A DNA stretch of 64,000 bases from Anthoceros angustus (taxonomy: Eukaryota; Plantae; Anthocerotophyta), in the NCBI GenBank assembly GCA_010909165.1, contig MU008220.1, forward strand, positions 159,764-223,763, written 5' to 3'. Shown here piece after piece: positions 24,797-37,122 of the stretch. The notes below the pieces were generated by a model. It did not search any database. It was not told the DNA's origin and worked only from the letters and a program-made list of their open reading frames with translations. The position numbers were made by a program, and so were the translations under genes. Numbering within the stretch: the stretch's first letter is position 1; every line of letters begins with the position of its first letter.

Positions 24797-25644
24797 TTCG
24801 AGGGCCGAGGAAGGCAACTTCCTTGAACCATGGGAATTCGCTTTTCTAGATATTGCATGTAGGGCTATATATGCATGTTAGGTAGATCAGGGGTAAAATT
24901 GGCCGACTCATCAAGGGCCTGGTCGGGACATGTATACAATCTCGCTACTCCATGGTGGAGTAGTGAGTTCAACCTAGGCCGTGAGTATACCGGTTGAAAA
25001 TTTTATAGCAACTGCGAATCTAGGTAGGAATCCTAGTGTACTTCCTTTTGGATTGCGACCGCAATTCCAATGGAGATACACTAGGACAACTGATTAGCGA
25101 GCTACATATAAAGATTTGTAATACAATGATATGCGAGTTCTTGCATATTAGCGGCAAAGTCGGGCCTAATGAAATGGCCAATCCAGAGCGCCAAGAAGGT
25201 AATCGACATCGAGACCTCCATCGCCGAGCTAATTTCTAATAGACGCAATAGGTATAGAGTTTCGATAGGCCTTCACTTGCGATAATCTACATAGTATGCC
25301 GTAATTGCTGAAAAACCAATCTGAGGGATTTCACGAAGCATGGTTAGTCGTAACATCCGAAATGTAGAGGCATGTTGAAATGTTGAAATGTCACCGCATG
25401 ATCCGAAGAGGTTGAAGGACACAGATGCGGGACGAAATGTCATTAGTGTAATGGCGGCATTGAGGTGATTCCGAAAAACACATAGGAGTATTTAGATCCT
25501 TAGGCTAAGGTTGAAGGATCCTCCGTGACCTTCGAGTGAAGAGGAGCTCACACTTTGACTCCTCATCTCACTTCGAATCTTGATCTCACTTCCCGAGCTC
25601 AAACACGGCATCCCAAGCCAAGCGGAAGGTTAGCTGAAGCAAGC

Positions 25645-25730
25645 GGAGTATGTGCCTACACAAGAAAACCCCGCAGATATATTAACGAAAGCTCTTTCAA
25701 AAGAGCTGCACGAGAAGCATGTTCGAGGTA
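25645..25730 (+). mobile_element. Ty1/copia RNase H C-terminal fragment; also 37967-38045, 50698-50780
   Basis: EYVPTQENPADILTKALSKELHEKHV matches the canonical copia ADIxTK terminal motif. Confidence 0.8.
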
Positions 25731-27964
25731 ATAGAGCTCGGCGCTCCAACTAGAGGAAGAAGAGAGCACTTACCACGTTCAAGACAGAATGCTAGCGAGG
25801 CGATGACGATCATTCTCATCCGCAAGAGCCGCCAACAACCACTTCATTCATTCACAACTACGCTGCATTTGCAAGCTCAAAAGGAACAGTTGCAACCTCG
25901 GAAGAAGCAAAAACATCAAAACAAAAGGCGAGGTCGGCACTTGGGAACCGCCACGCTTGGACAGACTGAAGAAGGTAATCGACATCGAGACCTCCATCGC
26001 CGTCGAGCTTCCCACGTAAACCCGTTCAAGTGCCCGCCATACTCCTCTTCACCTTCGTCCTCCCTCTTTGGCCAAACGGCCCATAAAGCCTCGGCCGTGA
26101 TCGCCGCACTCTCTTACTTGGTTTGCCTGTACCGGTATCTGCTTCACCAGGCCCAGGCCGTAGTCTCTTGTTCCACCACTTGGGTGGCCCTGTACCAGCA
26201 TCACCAGGCAGTGGTGGTGTGCATGATGATTTCTCGCTCCTCAACGATAAGATGCCAATTGTACATGGAGGGGCGGGCTGTTGCATTCCAGTACTAGGAT
26301 CTTGAGAATCAACAAGACCCCCGGTGATACTCGATGAAGCTATGGGCCCTAAGATTGAGGCCCCATATGGAGTCTATAGGGACCATGGGCAATTATCTCT
26401 TCATGATTATCACTCCACCCACTATGATGCTAGTCTTTGAACATGATTCATGTAACCCAGAACTCAAAACAATTTGAAGATTAACCATAATATTTTAGTA
26501 TGATGATGCTATTAAATAAGGATGAAATATTTAAAATAATATGTTATAAATTCATTCCAAGATATAACTTGCACGGATTCTACTTTAATTTGTATATGTT
26601 ATTAATTACCATGAGAAAAAGTCACGTTTGTCTCCGTGAAAGACTTTGAGGTGTTCGAGTTTTGTTCGCCACAAATTTAAAGTCAAGAGCAAGGTCCGCA
26701 ATACAATTAGGCCAAAATCATGCAAGTAAGGATAGGTAGATAGATAGATAGATAAATAAATAGAATATTTTACTACATTACGGTCTCGAACAAGGAAACT
26801 AATGCGCCTCGCATGAGGAATATATGTATGTAACAAGAATGCACATGTCGTCATTCATAAGGTAGAAATAAAAAAGAATGGAAAAATGGGAAGAGATCTT
26901 ACAGTCGTGATTGGTCTACCCTTTTATTCAACCAACTTCGACTCATATTACGAGACTCTTTCTTTCATCTTGCTCAAGACTCTCGATAAGGTTTTCATGA
27001 ATCATTCATCTAGCTCGAGGCTTTCAATAAGTTATGCCACACGTTGTTCCCATAGATGTTATTTTTAAAATACGAGATGGGAGATAAAAGGAAGAACTTT
27101 TATGTAGACTTGAAAAGTGAGATAGTAGACCCTCTAGAAAGAAATTCGGTGTCTTGCGTAAATAGGGAGAAGATATAAGACAATTTATTGACAAATAACA
27201 AGCTAGGCTAGATAGATCAAAGAAGAAGAAAAAAGGTGGAGGAGGAGGAGAAGAAATGTTTTATAGTTCTATTGTTCTATACTTTATAGAAGTGAACTTT
27301 AGATTAAATTTGGGTTTATATAACCTCAAACAGAGACAAAAAAAGACCTAAAAAGTAGTCAAAACTTAAAATTCAATTGAAATATATATGGAAAGTGGAA
27401 AGAACTAAATAGAAAGAGATCCGCCTCATTACAATAGTAGTTGTTGAAATCTATTTCTTCTTTGTCACTCCATGGAAATCCACTTAATGTCTATTTGTGA
27501 ACTAGCAGAGAGATACACTCATGAGCTTAGAACCATTCAAGGAAGATATATGATTATATAAAATAATGCAAATTCGCAGATTTTGGATAATACATGAACT
27601 TAGAACTACTTAAGGTCTATATAATAACGGGAGACTTTATAAAGATGCAAAAGAAATATTTTATAGTTCTATATTTTATAGTAGTGAACTTTAGATTAAA
27701 ATTGGGTTTATATAGACCCAAACAGAGAGAAAGGGGTACATAAATAAAAGTGGTCAAAACTTGAAATTCAATTGAAAGACATATGGAAAGTGAAAAGAAT
27801 CAAAGAGAAAGAGATCCGCCTCATTACGATAGTAGTTGTTAAAATCTATTTCTTCCGTGTCACTCCATGGAAATCAACTCAATATCTATTCTTGAACCGA
27901 GAGAGAGAGAGATACACCTATGGACGAAGTTTAGAAGTATTAAAAGAAGATATAGAAAAACTAA

Positions 27965-30900
27965 ATTTTTATTGAGGGCAAAACATTCGGAAAAAGCCCA
28001 TCCAAAGAAAGGACAACCAAGGGGACCTAAGGATCGAGGTGAAAAGGAGCAACAAAGCTCCCTACCGTAAGCTCGATTGCGCCTACGATGTCGTATGCGG
28101 AAGAGAAAACGCCCTACAAACTACGGAGGTTGAGGAGGATGCGCCGCCTAATGTCGCCGCTTTGTGGATGAGAGAGAGGGCTTGTTGAAGAGCAATTGAA
28201 ACTCGTTGTCTAAAGAATGCCGTGAAATAAGTTAGAGAGGGACAGCCCGCTCGTGCCTACGGGCATGATAAGCCTTAGCAGGACTTGAGAAAAGTATCAA
28301 AGTCCCGAGCCAACGCCCATATGTTTCAAGGGTGAGCGGAATGAATTGGTGGCCCGCTTGCATCGCGCTATATTCCCCGACTTTGATAGCCGCCGCCGCA
28401 GCCCAACTGCATGGTTAGTGATAACCCGTGCGGTGATGGAGTCGTGAAGGCTCGATTACCACCACATCCACCATCAAAACCGTTGCCGGACGAGGTACAA
28501 GTCACCGATTGACCGACCAAGATGAAGAGTGTACCCCGCTCCCTCCAGGCTATGTAGGCACGCAAACGTGATATCACGGATGGTGTCATGGGTGGAAATG
28601 CGATGATCCCATGGGGGTAACGAGCAAGGTGTATCCGAGTCATCAAGGCGGGCCGCATTCGCAAGTAAGGAGAGAGGAAGCCACGGGTGGAGCAGGCCAA
28701 GGCAGGCGCAGAGAGAAGGTGGTTGGTGCGATGTGAAAGCCTTGTATACATGGACGAGCCAATAGCTGTGCACCGCGCCTTCAGAGGAAGAGCAAAGCTG
28801 CACTCGTGGACCTCGGAATGGAGGGGTCCATGAGGACGGACTAGAAGGCCTTACAAAGTTGCTTCTCGCGGGGATGCTTACAACCCCAAGCCACGGGCAA
28901 CGTAGGATGAGATAACCAGGCGCCTAGCAAAAGAAGAAAAAAGGTGGAGGAGGAGGAGAAGAAATGTTTTATAGTTCTATTGTTCTATACTTTATAGAAG
29001 TGAACTTTAGATTAAAATTGGGTTTATATAACCTCAAACAGAGAGAAAGGGGTACATAAATAAAAGTGGTCAAAACTTAAAATTCAATTGAAATATATAT
29101 GGAAAGTGGAAAGAACTAAATAGAAAGAGATCCGCCTCATTACAATAGTAGTTGTTGAAATCTATTTCTTCTTTGTCACTCCATGGAAATCCACTTAATG
29201 TCTATTTGTGAACTAGCAGAGAGATACACCATGATGAGCTTAGAACCATTCAAGGAAGATATATGATTATATAAAATAATGCAAATTCGCAGATTTTGGA
29301 TAATACATGAACTTAGAACTACTTAAGGTCTATATAATAACGGGAGACTTTATAAAGATGCAAAAGAAATATTTTATAGTTCTATATTTTATAGTAGTGA
29401 ACTTTAGATTAAAATTGGGTTTATATAGACCCAAACAGAGAAAGGTACATAAATAAAAGTGGTCAAAACTTGAAATTCAATTGAAAGACATATGGAAAGT
29501 GAAAAGAATCAAAGAGAAAGAGATCCGCCTCATTACGATAGTAGTTGTTAAAATCTATTTCTTGTCACCCATGGAAATCAACTCAATATCTATTCTTGAA
29601 CCAAGAGAGAGATACACCTATGGACTAAGTTTAGAAGTATTAAAAGAAGATATAGAAAAACTAAATTTTTATTGAGGGCAAAACATTCGGAAAAAGCCCA
29701 TCCAAAGAAAGGACAACCAAGGGGACCTAAGGATCGAGGTGAAAAGGAGCAACAAAGCTCCCTACCGTAAGCTCGATTGCGCCTACGATGTCGATGCGGG
29801 AAGAGAAAACGCCCTACAAACTACGGAGGTTGAGGAGGATGCGCCTAATGTCGCCGCTTTGTGGATGACCAGAGAGGGCTTGTTGAAGAGCAATTGAAAC
29901 TCGTTGTCTAAAGAATGCCGTGAAATAAGTTAGAGAGGGACAGCCCGCCCGTGCACGGCATGATAAGCCTTAGCAGGACTTGAGAAAAGTATCAAAGTCC
30001 CGAGCCAACGCCCATATGTTTCAAGGGTGAGCGGAATGAATTGGCCCGCTTGCATCGCGCTATATTCCCCGACTTTGATAGCCGCCGCCGCAGCCCAACC
30101 CGCATGGTTAGTGATAACCCGTGCGGTGATGGAGTCGCGTGAAGGCTCGATTACCACCACATCCACCATCAAAACCGTTGCCGGACGAGGTACAAGTCAC
30201 CGATTGACCGACCAAGATGAAGAGTGTACCCCGCTCCCTCCAGGCTATGTAGGCACGCAAACGTGATATCACGGATGGTGTCATGGGTGGAAATGCGATG
30301 ATCCCATGGGGGTAACGAGCAAGGTGTATCCGAGTCATCAAGGCGAGCCGCATTCGCAAGTAAGGAGAGAGGAAGCCACGGGTGGAGCAGCCAAGACGGA
30401 AGCGCATCGCAGAGAAGGTGGTTGGTGCGATGAAAGCCTTGTATACATGGACGAGCCAATAGCTGTGCACCGCGCCTTCAGAGGAAGAGCAAAGCACTCG
30501 TGGACCTCGGAATGGAGGTCCATGAGGACGGACTAGAAGGCCTTACAAAGTTGCTTCTCGCGGGGATGCTTACAACCCCAAGCCACGGGCAACGTGCGGA
30601 TGAGATAACCAGGCGCCTAGCAAAAGAAGAAGAGAAAAGTATACCAAAGGCCATCCGTGCATCCTCCGCAAAGAGAAGTCCTCGCGATGTGGGAGAGGTC
30701 TTCCATGAGCCTGACGAGGAACCTCCAAATGAAGTCAAGAGAAGCAAAGGGACTCCCAAAATCCGCAGGCCGGGGGCTAGAGCAATATTCTCCCCTGCAG
30801 AGAATCGCAAAGTAGGGGTGATCTCCAGAGACCCGGACACGCACTTGGACAGCTTGACCTTCAAGCCCACCAAAGAAAGCTCATGTGAGAAGAGCTCAAG

Positions 30901-31318
30901 GCCTCCTTGACCTTGTCCCTCTAGAGGCTCGAGGATGTGAGAGTCATCTACCAAGGGAAGACATAGTCACATGCAGAGGAGGCAGCCTGGATAGGGCCTC
31001 AGTGAGCGATTGCAAAGAGAGCACCTCCCAGGGTCGCCCTACGATACATGGGCGACTCCAAGACAAAGATGGCAAATCGATGGTACGTTCTTGTCGATAG
31101 TAGAGATTGGAGGACCTCCGTAGAAGCTCGACAAAGGGTATAAGGCTCCCAAGACACCTCCAGCGTCCTTGAGTTCCTCAAGATATGACGCCTCTAGAGA
31201 TAGTATTGAAGGCGTTTCTCCACGTCCACTTGTAAGACCACCCACTGGGTGGATATAGAGGCATGCCATCACTCCAAACACCACGGACTCGCAACCCCGT
31301 GAGCTCCTAGAGAAGGGA
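27965..31318 (-). mobile_element. CRE-like RT/RLE copies (27965-28937 partial; 29665-31318)
   Basis: Same sequence as 865-2595. Confidence 0.85.
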
Positions 31319-34077
31319 CGCATTGCCGCTATTTACTGAGCGCCCTCGTTACGGAAGAGTACAAATGGTGGGAGCAGCCTGTTGATTAGGAGGAGATTGG
31401 TGTTATAGTGGACAACCATATCGGGCTGGTTCGCAACGCCCATGGAAGTGGTTTTCTAGGTTGGAGGCCGATGGCACGGTCGAGCCACTTCGTGTTCTCG
31501 ATGAGGCTTTCGAAGCAACATATTATGAACTTCCACAACGCGATATGTATTTGGGGGCATATAAAAACTTGTGCATGCAAGAAGAAATGACGCGTTTGAA
31601 TGGCGATATTACGGAGATCAAGAAAGGAATGTTCCTAGCGTTCCTTGCACTATAGACACTCACAACAGCCATTTTGGATTAAAAGATCATAGAAGTGAAG
31701 TTGGAATCATCGAAATCTCACTTCCTTGTTCGTTGGTATATGACCGAGCATACAAATGCTTATGAGGGAGATATGTGGAGGAAATATATAATTCAAGGAA
31801 GTGGAACCCAACATGGCTTCAAGCTAGGGAACAAAGGGAGTAAAACCTTCTATCCCAAAAATATTCAAGTCCATGTGAACGAAACGATAATCCTTTATTA
31901 TGGATTTGTGTTGAATGCTCGAAAGCATTTACATGTTGTTGACAAGAAAGCGATCGTGATAAGTTGAGTGAATTACGTGGTTCATACACCCCTACTCAAA
32001 GTGCAGATCATGAAGATAGTGATGAAAATGGTGCTAACGACAAGCCCACCACAACGAAGGAGTGAACTCGGAGATGAGTAAACTTGCTTGCATGGAGAAG
32101 GAATTGGGAGGGAGGCAATGGTTGCCGATACTCGAGATGAGTAAACTTGCTTGCATGGAGAAGGAATTGGAGGAGGCAATGGTTGCCGATACTCGATAAA
32201 TGTAGGGATTCACTTCATCCAATTTAAATTATCGTCGCTTGTAGGGAGCCTTTGTTATGGTATGTAAGCGGGTGAAAGCTTTTGTCCATTGCCATCGCTT
32301 TGCAATAAAAACCATGTTTCTTATACGTGTTTTCAACACAACATTTAAATAATGTACGGGTTGGGGCCGATTAGCCGATGTCCCAAGAATATGGAAAATG
32401 TGTTGGCCATAGCCGGACACTTGCCAAGGATGACAAATATATATGCATGTTATGATCACCCCAACCCTCTTGGATCGTTGCTTGTGTTTGTTATGGTGCT
32501 TGTGGTACCGTGGGGACCGAATAGGCAGCGGTAAACCTCCGGGACAAGGCAGGCGGCCGGTGCCCCGCCTCCACTAGCAGCCCGCCAAGTATACGTTGCT
32601 TAAAAACCCAAAGGCGAGATGACCTTAACCCTTTGAAAACCCTAGACTTCAAAATGTATTTGCGAAGACTTTGGTTTTTGCTAACCATACTTTCCCACAT
32701 TTGAGGCAAATCCGAGATAAGGGGATTGCTTTCCGATGGTAAAGGTCAACAGGTGGGTCTTACTTTGCCAAATCATATGGGTAAAGAATTGCGAACACCC
32801 TTCTACGTGTACCCATGTTGAAAAAGTGGGGCAAGGTGAATGGGACACCCTTTTTTGTGGTACTTTCACTAAAAGGTGATATCCGACGATTTAAGACCCA
32901 TGTGTGGTTAACCCCTTGGCACATGTTTAAGACAAAACCCTCATCATGTATATTCCCCTTGAAGGTTTACGGTGTTGGGGCTCTTGTAGGACCAACAAAA
33001 TCTCGCATGAACTCTAGGTGTAGCTCGTCCACAAACTCCTCCGCCTTGTTGCTCCACATTTGCGTGACGGCAAGGGGGTTGTGCATTTTGAGCCTTCTTT
33101 CCTGTTTGCGAGCCATGGTACCAACCACAAAGGAGAGAAAGGAGAAGATGGAAAGAGCAACTCGTTTGGTCGACTGAATAAGCTTGGCACCGCACAAAGA
33201 CAAATCAAGAGAGCAAAAGAGCTTAAGGTTGCATGCGGCGATGGCGAGAGGGAGAGGTGCACACAAATAGAAAGATGCCCAAGATGAGAATTGAAGGGTG
33301 CGTTCTTATGCCTCGCATGTTGTCCTTGCCACCGTGCCTTAATTGTCGGGCCTTAGGCGGCAGACACCCTCACAAGATCAGGTAGTGGCCGGGCCACTCT
33401 AATCCTTTTGCTTATTATGCCTATATACAAAGTGCCATATCATCCACTTTACTCCATCCTTTCCTCGCACTGCCTTGTGGGGCCACTTTGATTCTCAACC
33501 ACCCAACCACCTTAACAAAAGGTGCAACTCAACGTGACTATTAAGGTGGCTGAGCAAAGTGGCCAAAGCAACGTGGGTCTCTTCTCCGCCTTCCCGACTA
33601 CCATCCTTCTCCATTTTCATCCTCCCGCACCTTTGATCCAATCCTCCGCTTTTGGGGAATCTTGGCCAATCCTTATTTTCCCATTCAAATCGTCTCAAAG
33701 AAAAGAAAATCACACACAATCGCCCGGGTTATTAACATCCAATGCGATCTCCCACATCGCCTTCTCATTTGTTGGCATCCTCACCAACCTAGGCATAATA
33801 CTTCTTCACGCCAACCATTCACCGAATTGGTAACCACGTTCCATCCTATTGACATAATTGCACATAACCATTTTCAAATACCTCTAGGACGGTATATGAT
33901 TCCATCCACCGTAGGTGCAACTTCCCCGAAAATGCATGAATCGCTATCATACAATAATGCGTGGTCACCCGGCTTTACCTATACCTTCAACCGCTTGTCA
34001 TGCATCCTCTTTCTTTGTGTTTGTACCATGCCCATTTGGATCCTAGCTTCCTCCGATGGACGTCAAGGAGGGAGCTT

Positions 34078-35370
34078 ACATCGCTTCTTAGTTTGCCGCT
34101 CAATTGCCGCACGTAACGCCACACCGTGCGACGCATTTTGGCGGTGTTTTCTTCCTTGGTGGCATAGTAGTGGTCATTTGATATGTCAAATCGCGTCAAT
34201 CTTGATGGATCGATGAGCCTCCTCCGCTTTGTTGTTCTCGGACTTTTGCACAAAGATCTTAGCAGATGGCTCGCAAATGTTGAGCTTCACTTGCGTCGGT
34301 ATTTCAATGCCATGTTTGGGTCGTTGAAGTCAACATCCTTGACTTTGACCTACACACGGGCCTCGTGGCACGAGCGTCATTGTCCCATTGAACTGGTCCA
34401 GCCACTTGCATGATGCCAATTCGGATTCGCATAATGGGCCCGTAGCTCCACCCTTTTCCTGCAGCGTTATTTACTCCATCAACTTGATCAAGCATCCTTG
34501 CCTCGCATCGGATCTGGGTCGACTCTAATCGTAACATCCGAGGATGCCTAGGCACCTCTACACGTCTACCACATGGCTTGCTCAAAGGCTCAATCAAGAT
34601 AGGCCTATATTGACTAGCAAGAGGTCTCAAGTTCTCCGTCCCATCCATCCCTGAAGCATTGAGAGGCAAACCTTTCTCGATCGAGCATTCATTATCTCCC
34701 CACAAAATTTGGTCTTCCCAATCTTGCTGGTGCAATGCTTCAAAGTTGGCGGCTGGCATGAGGTTCACCGCAGCTGACAAATGCTCCCAATCGGATTTCA
34801 TGGGCTCACAAGCAACGAACACTTCTTTCTTTGATCTTGGCTTGGGCTTCTTGTCATATCCAAAGTCATGGCATAGAGGTTCGCTATTGTCTAGCCCACT
34901 GGCATCTGTTTCCTCAACTTCATCCTCTGCACTCAAACCTTGCTAAATCGAGGTACATGGCGCCGGCGCCAACATTAGGCCAACTTTGAAAATTTCCTCC
35001 TCATCGATTCCACTTCAAAACCATCTTCCACGTTCCCTCCTATCTCGCGCTGTAACCAATTTAAAGGGTGACCTCTCAAGCATCGCTTGGCTCGAGATAC
35101 AACCAAATGAATCCGAACATTTTTCATCGAATATATGAGTAGAAACCTTTAGAGTACGCTCTTTTGCATCCCTTTTTCTCCCAGAGCCCAATACGTTGAT
35201 CCACACCAAACAATTGAAAATCGCAGAATGACTTGGCCATCTAGGTGATACAGGATAGACGGATCCAGTTTTGATTGACCTCTGCAGAATGATCATCATT
35301 GGCCACACATAGATCCCGAATACAATCTGACTCTCAATATGATTGAATCAACGATTCCTTCTCATCGAAA
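34078..35370 (-). pseudogene. TAF1: TAF1 fragment, unit 3 copy
   Basis: Same sequence as 5319-6660; ORF 34304-34936 contains CEPMKS, QQDWEDQILW and HPRMLRLES in one frame. Confidence 0.83.
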
Positions 35371-35810
35371 GACTTGGGCGTAGTTTGCCAACCCATGGAA
35401 CTGCTATATTAGTGCAGCTGGTTTGAATGAGCAGCTTCCAGCCCTAAACTGCATTGACATTTTACCCGACTTGGCTTGGGCTCACGCAAGCGCCATGAGT
35501 CGGTCATCGATCATAATCATCTTCTTCAAGTATTGAGGTGCGTGCGTGACCAAAGTCGCTTCAACATAAAATTGTTGATCCCAAGGGGTATATGGAGCTC
35601 GGTTCCGTGTCCTCAACTTCTTCTCGTATGTCCTCACAAATGGCGGCATCCTCACCCGTCGAGGAAACCTAGAGACAACGACCAAAATCATGAGCGAGGC
35701 AACAGCGGAAAGTGCACTTGCAACACTAAGAGCTAACCATCGCACTTCCCAAGCTGCAGCTCGGAGCCCAGTAGGCCAAAGGAAGGTGAGAAGGTCATGA
35801 TGCAGACATC

Positions 35811-36450
35811 GGCGGTTCACTTCCGCCAAGGCACTTGCGTTTGCACAGCCTTGAGGCAAGCAAAGGTAACATGGTTGCCCACAATCGAGCCTCCTTCTCC
35901 ATTTGTCCATACAGAACAAGCGCCTCTTGGCCAAGCCCATGATTTGCATACCCAACTATCGGGGCCGTCCATGTCACGACATCCTTTCGCTTAACCTATC
36001 GAAAACCGTGTGTGCCTCTTCCGATTCACCACGGTTTGCGTACATGTCCACCGACGTTGGCAATAAACAAGTTCGGTGGAATGTCACTGCAACATATCAT
36101 GCGCACTTTTACGCTAGATTCCGTGTCCACAAAGAAATGCACAAGCTTGAAGGGCTGCTACAAAGATGTGGGCATCCGCCTTCACGAGGCGACACATCGC
36201 ATAGTAAAGTTGTATCGCCTCATTAGGCTCCCCATGTGTAGCATGTGCGGAGATTATTGAAAACCACATGAAGGGATTTGGTTTGCCCACCCTCACCAGC
36301 CTACCTCCGGATACATACATACATCCGCAAGATATGGTTCCCCAAGTATGTGATTGACTCGTACCCAAGTTTGTGTGAGATCATGAGCGTCATCCCACAA
36401 CCATGTCCTTCTTATCTCGCACAAAGTTTTAGCACGACATATAAGATGGT
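35811..36450 (-). pseudogene. PLS-class PPR gene fragment, unit 3 copy
   Basis: Same motifs (ORFs 36114-36368, 35795-35977). Confidence 0.88.
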
Positions 36451-36865
36451 GAGGAATAGAATAGTCTATCTCGCTATTTTGAGCTCCAACGGCCTCGATG
36501 GCTTTCCCTACTCACATAACGTCGATGGTTACGGTGTCACGACTCCCATATCAATCACACACCTCCGGGCTCGGGCTTTGGGAGGCTCGACTTGGAAGGA
36601 GAAGCACAATGACCCACTGCATATTCAAAGAAACAAGCTTCTCATCCAACAAGTGGCTTGAACATGTTGTTTAACGAGGACCTCACGGACTCCTTGCACG
36701 AATGTCGTGAGCGAGAGCTCCTCTTACCTCGCCTAGTTTCCCACGCACAAGAGGGGAGTCCTAGGAAGTGGTGATGGGAGGACGGTTACTTGGTGTGGTC
36801 TGCGAGGCGGTGGCGCTCAAGTCCGCTACGAGTCAGGTAGTCCTATCTATTCAAATAGGTAGGAC

Positions 36866-37122
36866 TCAAGTCCTTGGTCTTTGGGGTTTGGGAAGAAGCA
36901 GACTCAAGTCCTTGGTCTTGAGGTTTGAATGATGTTCCTTGGTCCTTGGGAAAGTAGCAAGTAGATAGAAGCCTATTTGAGTCCTTGGTCTTGAGGTTCG
37001 GAAGGATGTTCCTTGGTCCTTGGGAAAATGGTATGTAGATAGAAACCTAGTCCTTGGTCTTGGGGTTTCGGAAGGATGTTCCTTGGTCCTTGGGAAAAGT
37101 AGCATGTAGATAGAAACCTATT
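36866..37122 (+). repeat. Minisatellite, unit 3 copy
   Basis: Same repeat as 24550-24796. Confidence 0.9.

Larger units (their letters stand above)
9447..27110 (+). repeat. Array unit 2 (expanded by stuttered LINE segments; integrase/TAF1/gag block deleted)
   Basis: Anchor-to-anchor interval; about nine overlapping LINE segments at 10435-20980; jump at ~23453-23550 directly into PPR sequence. Confidence 0.9.
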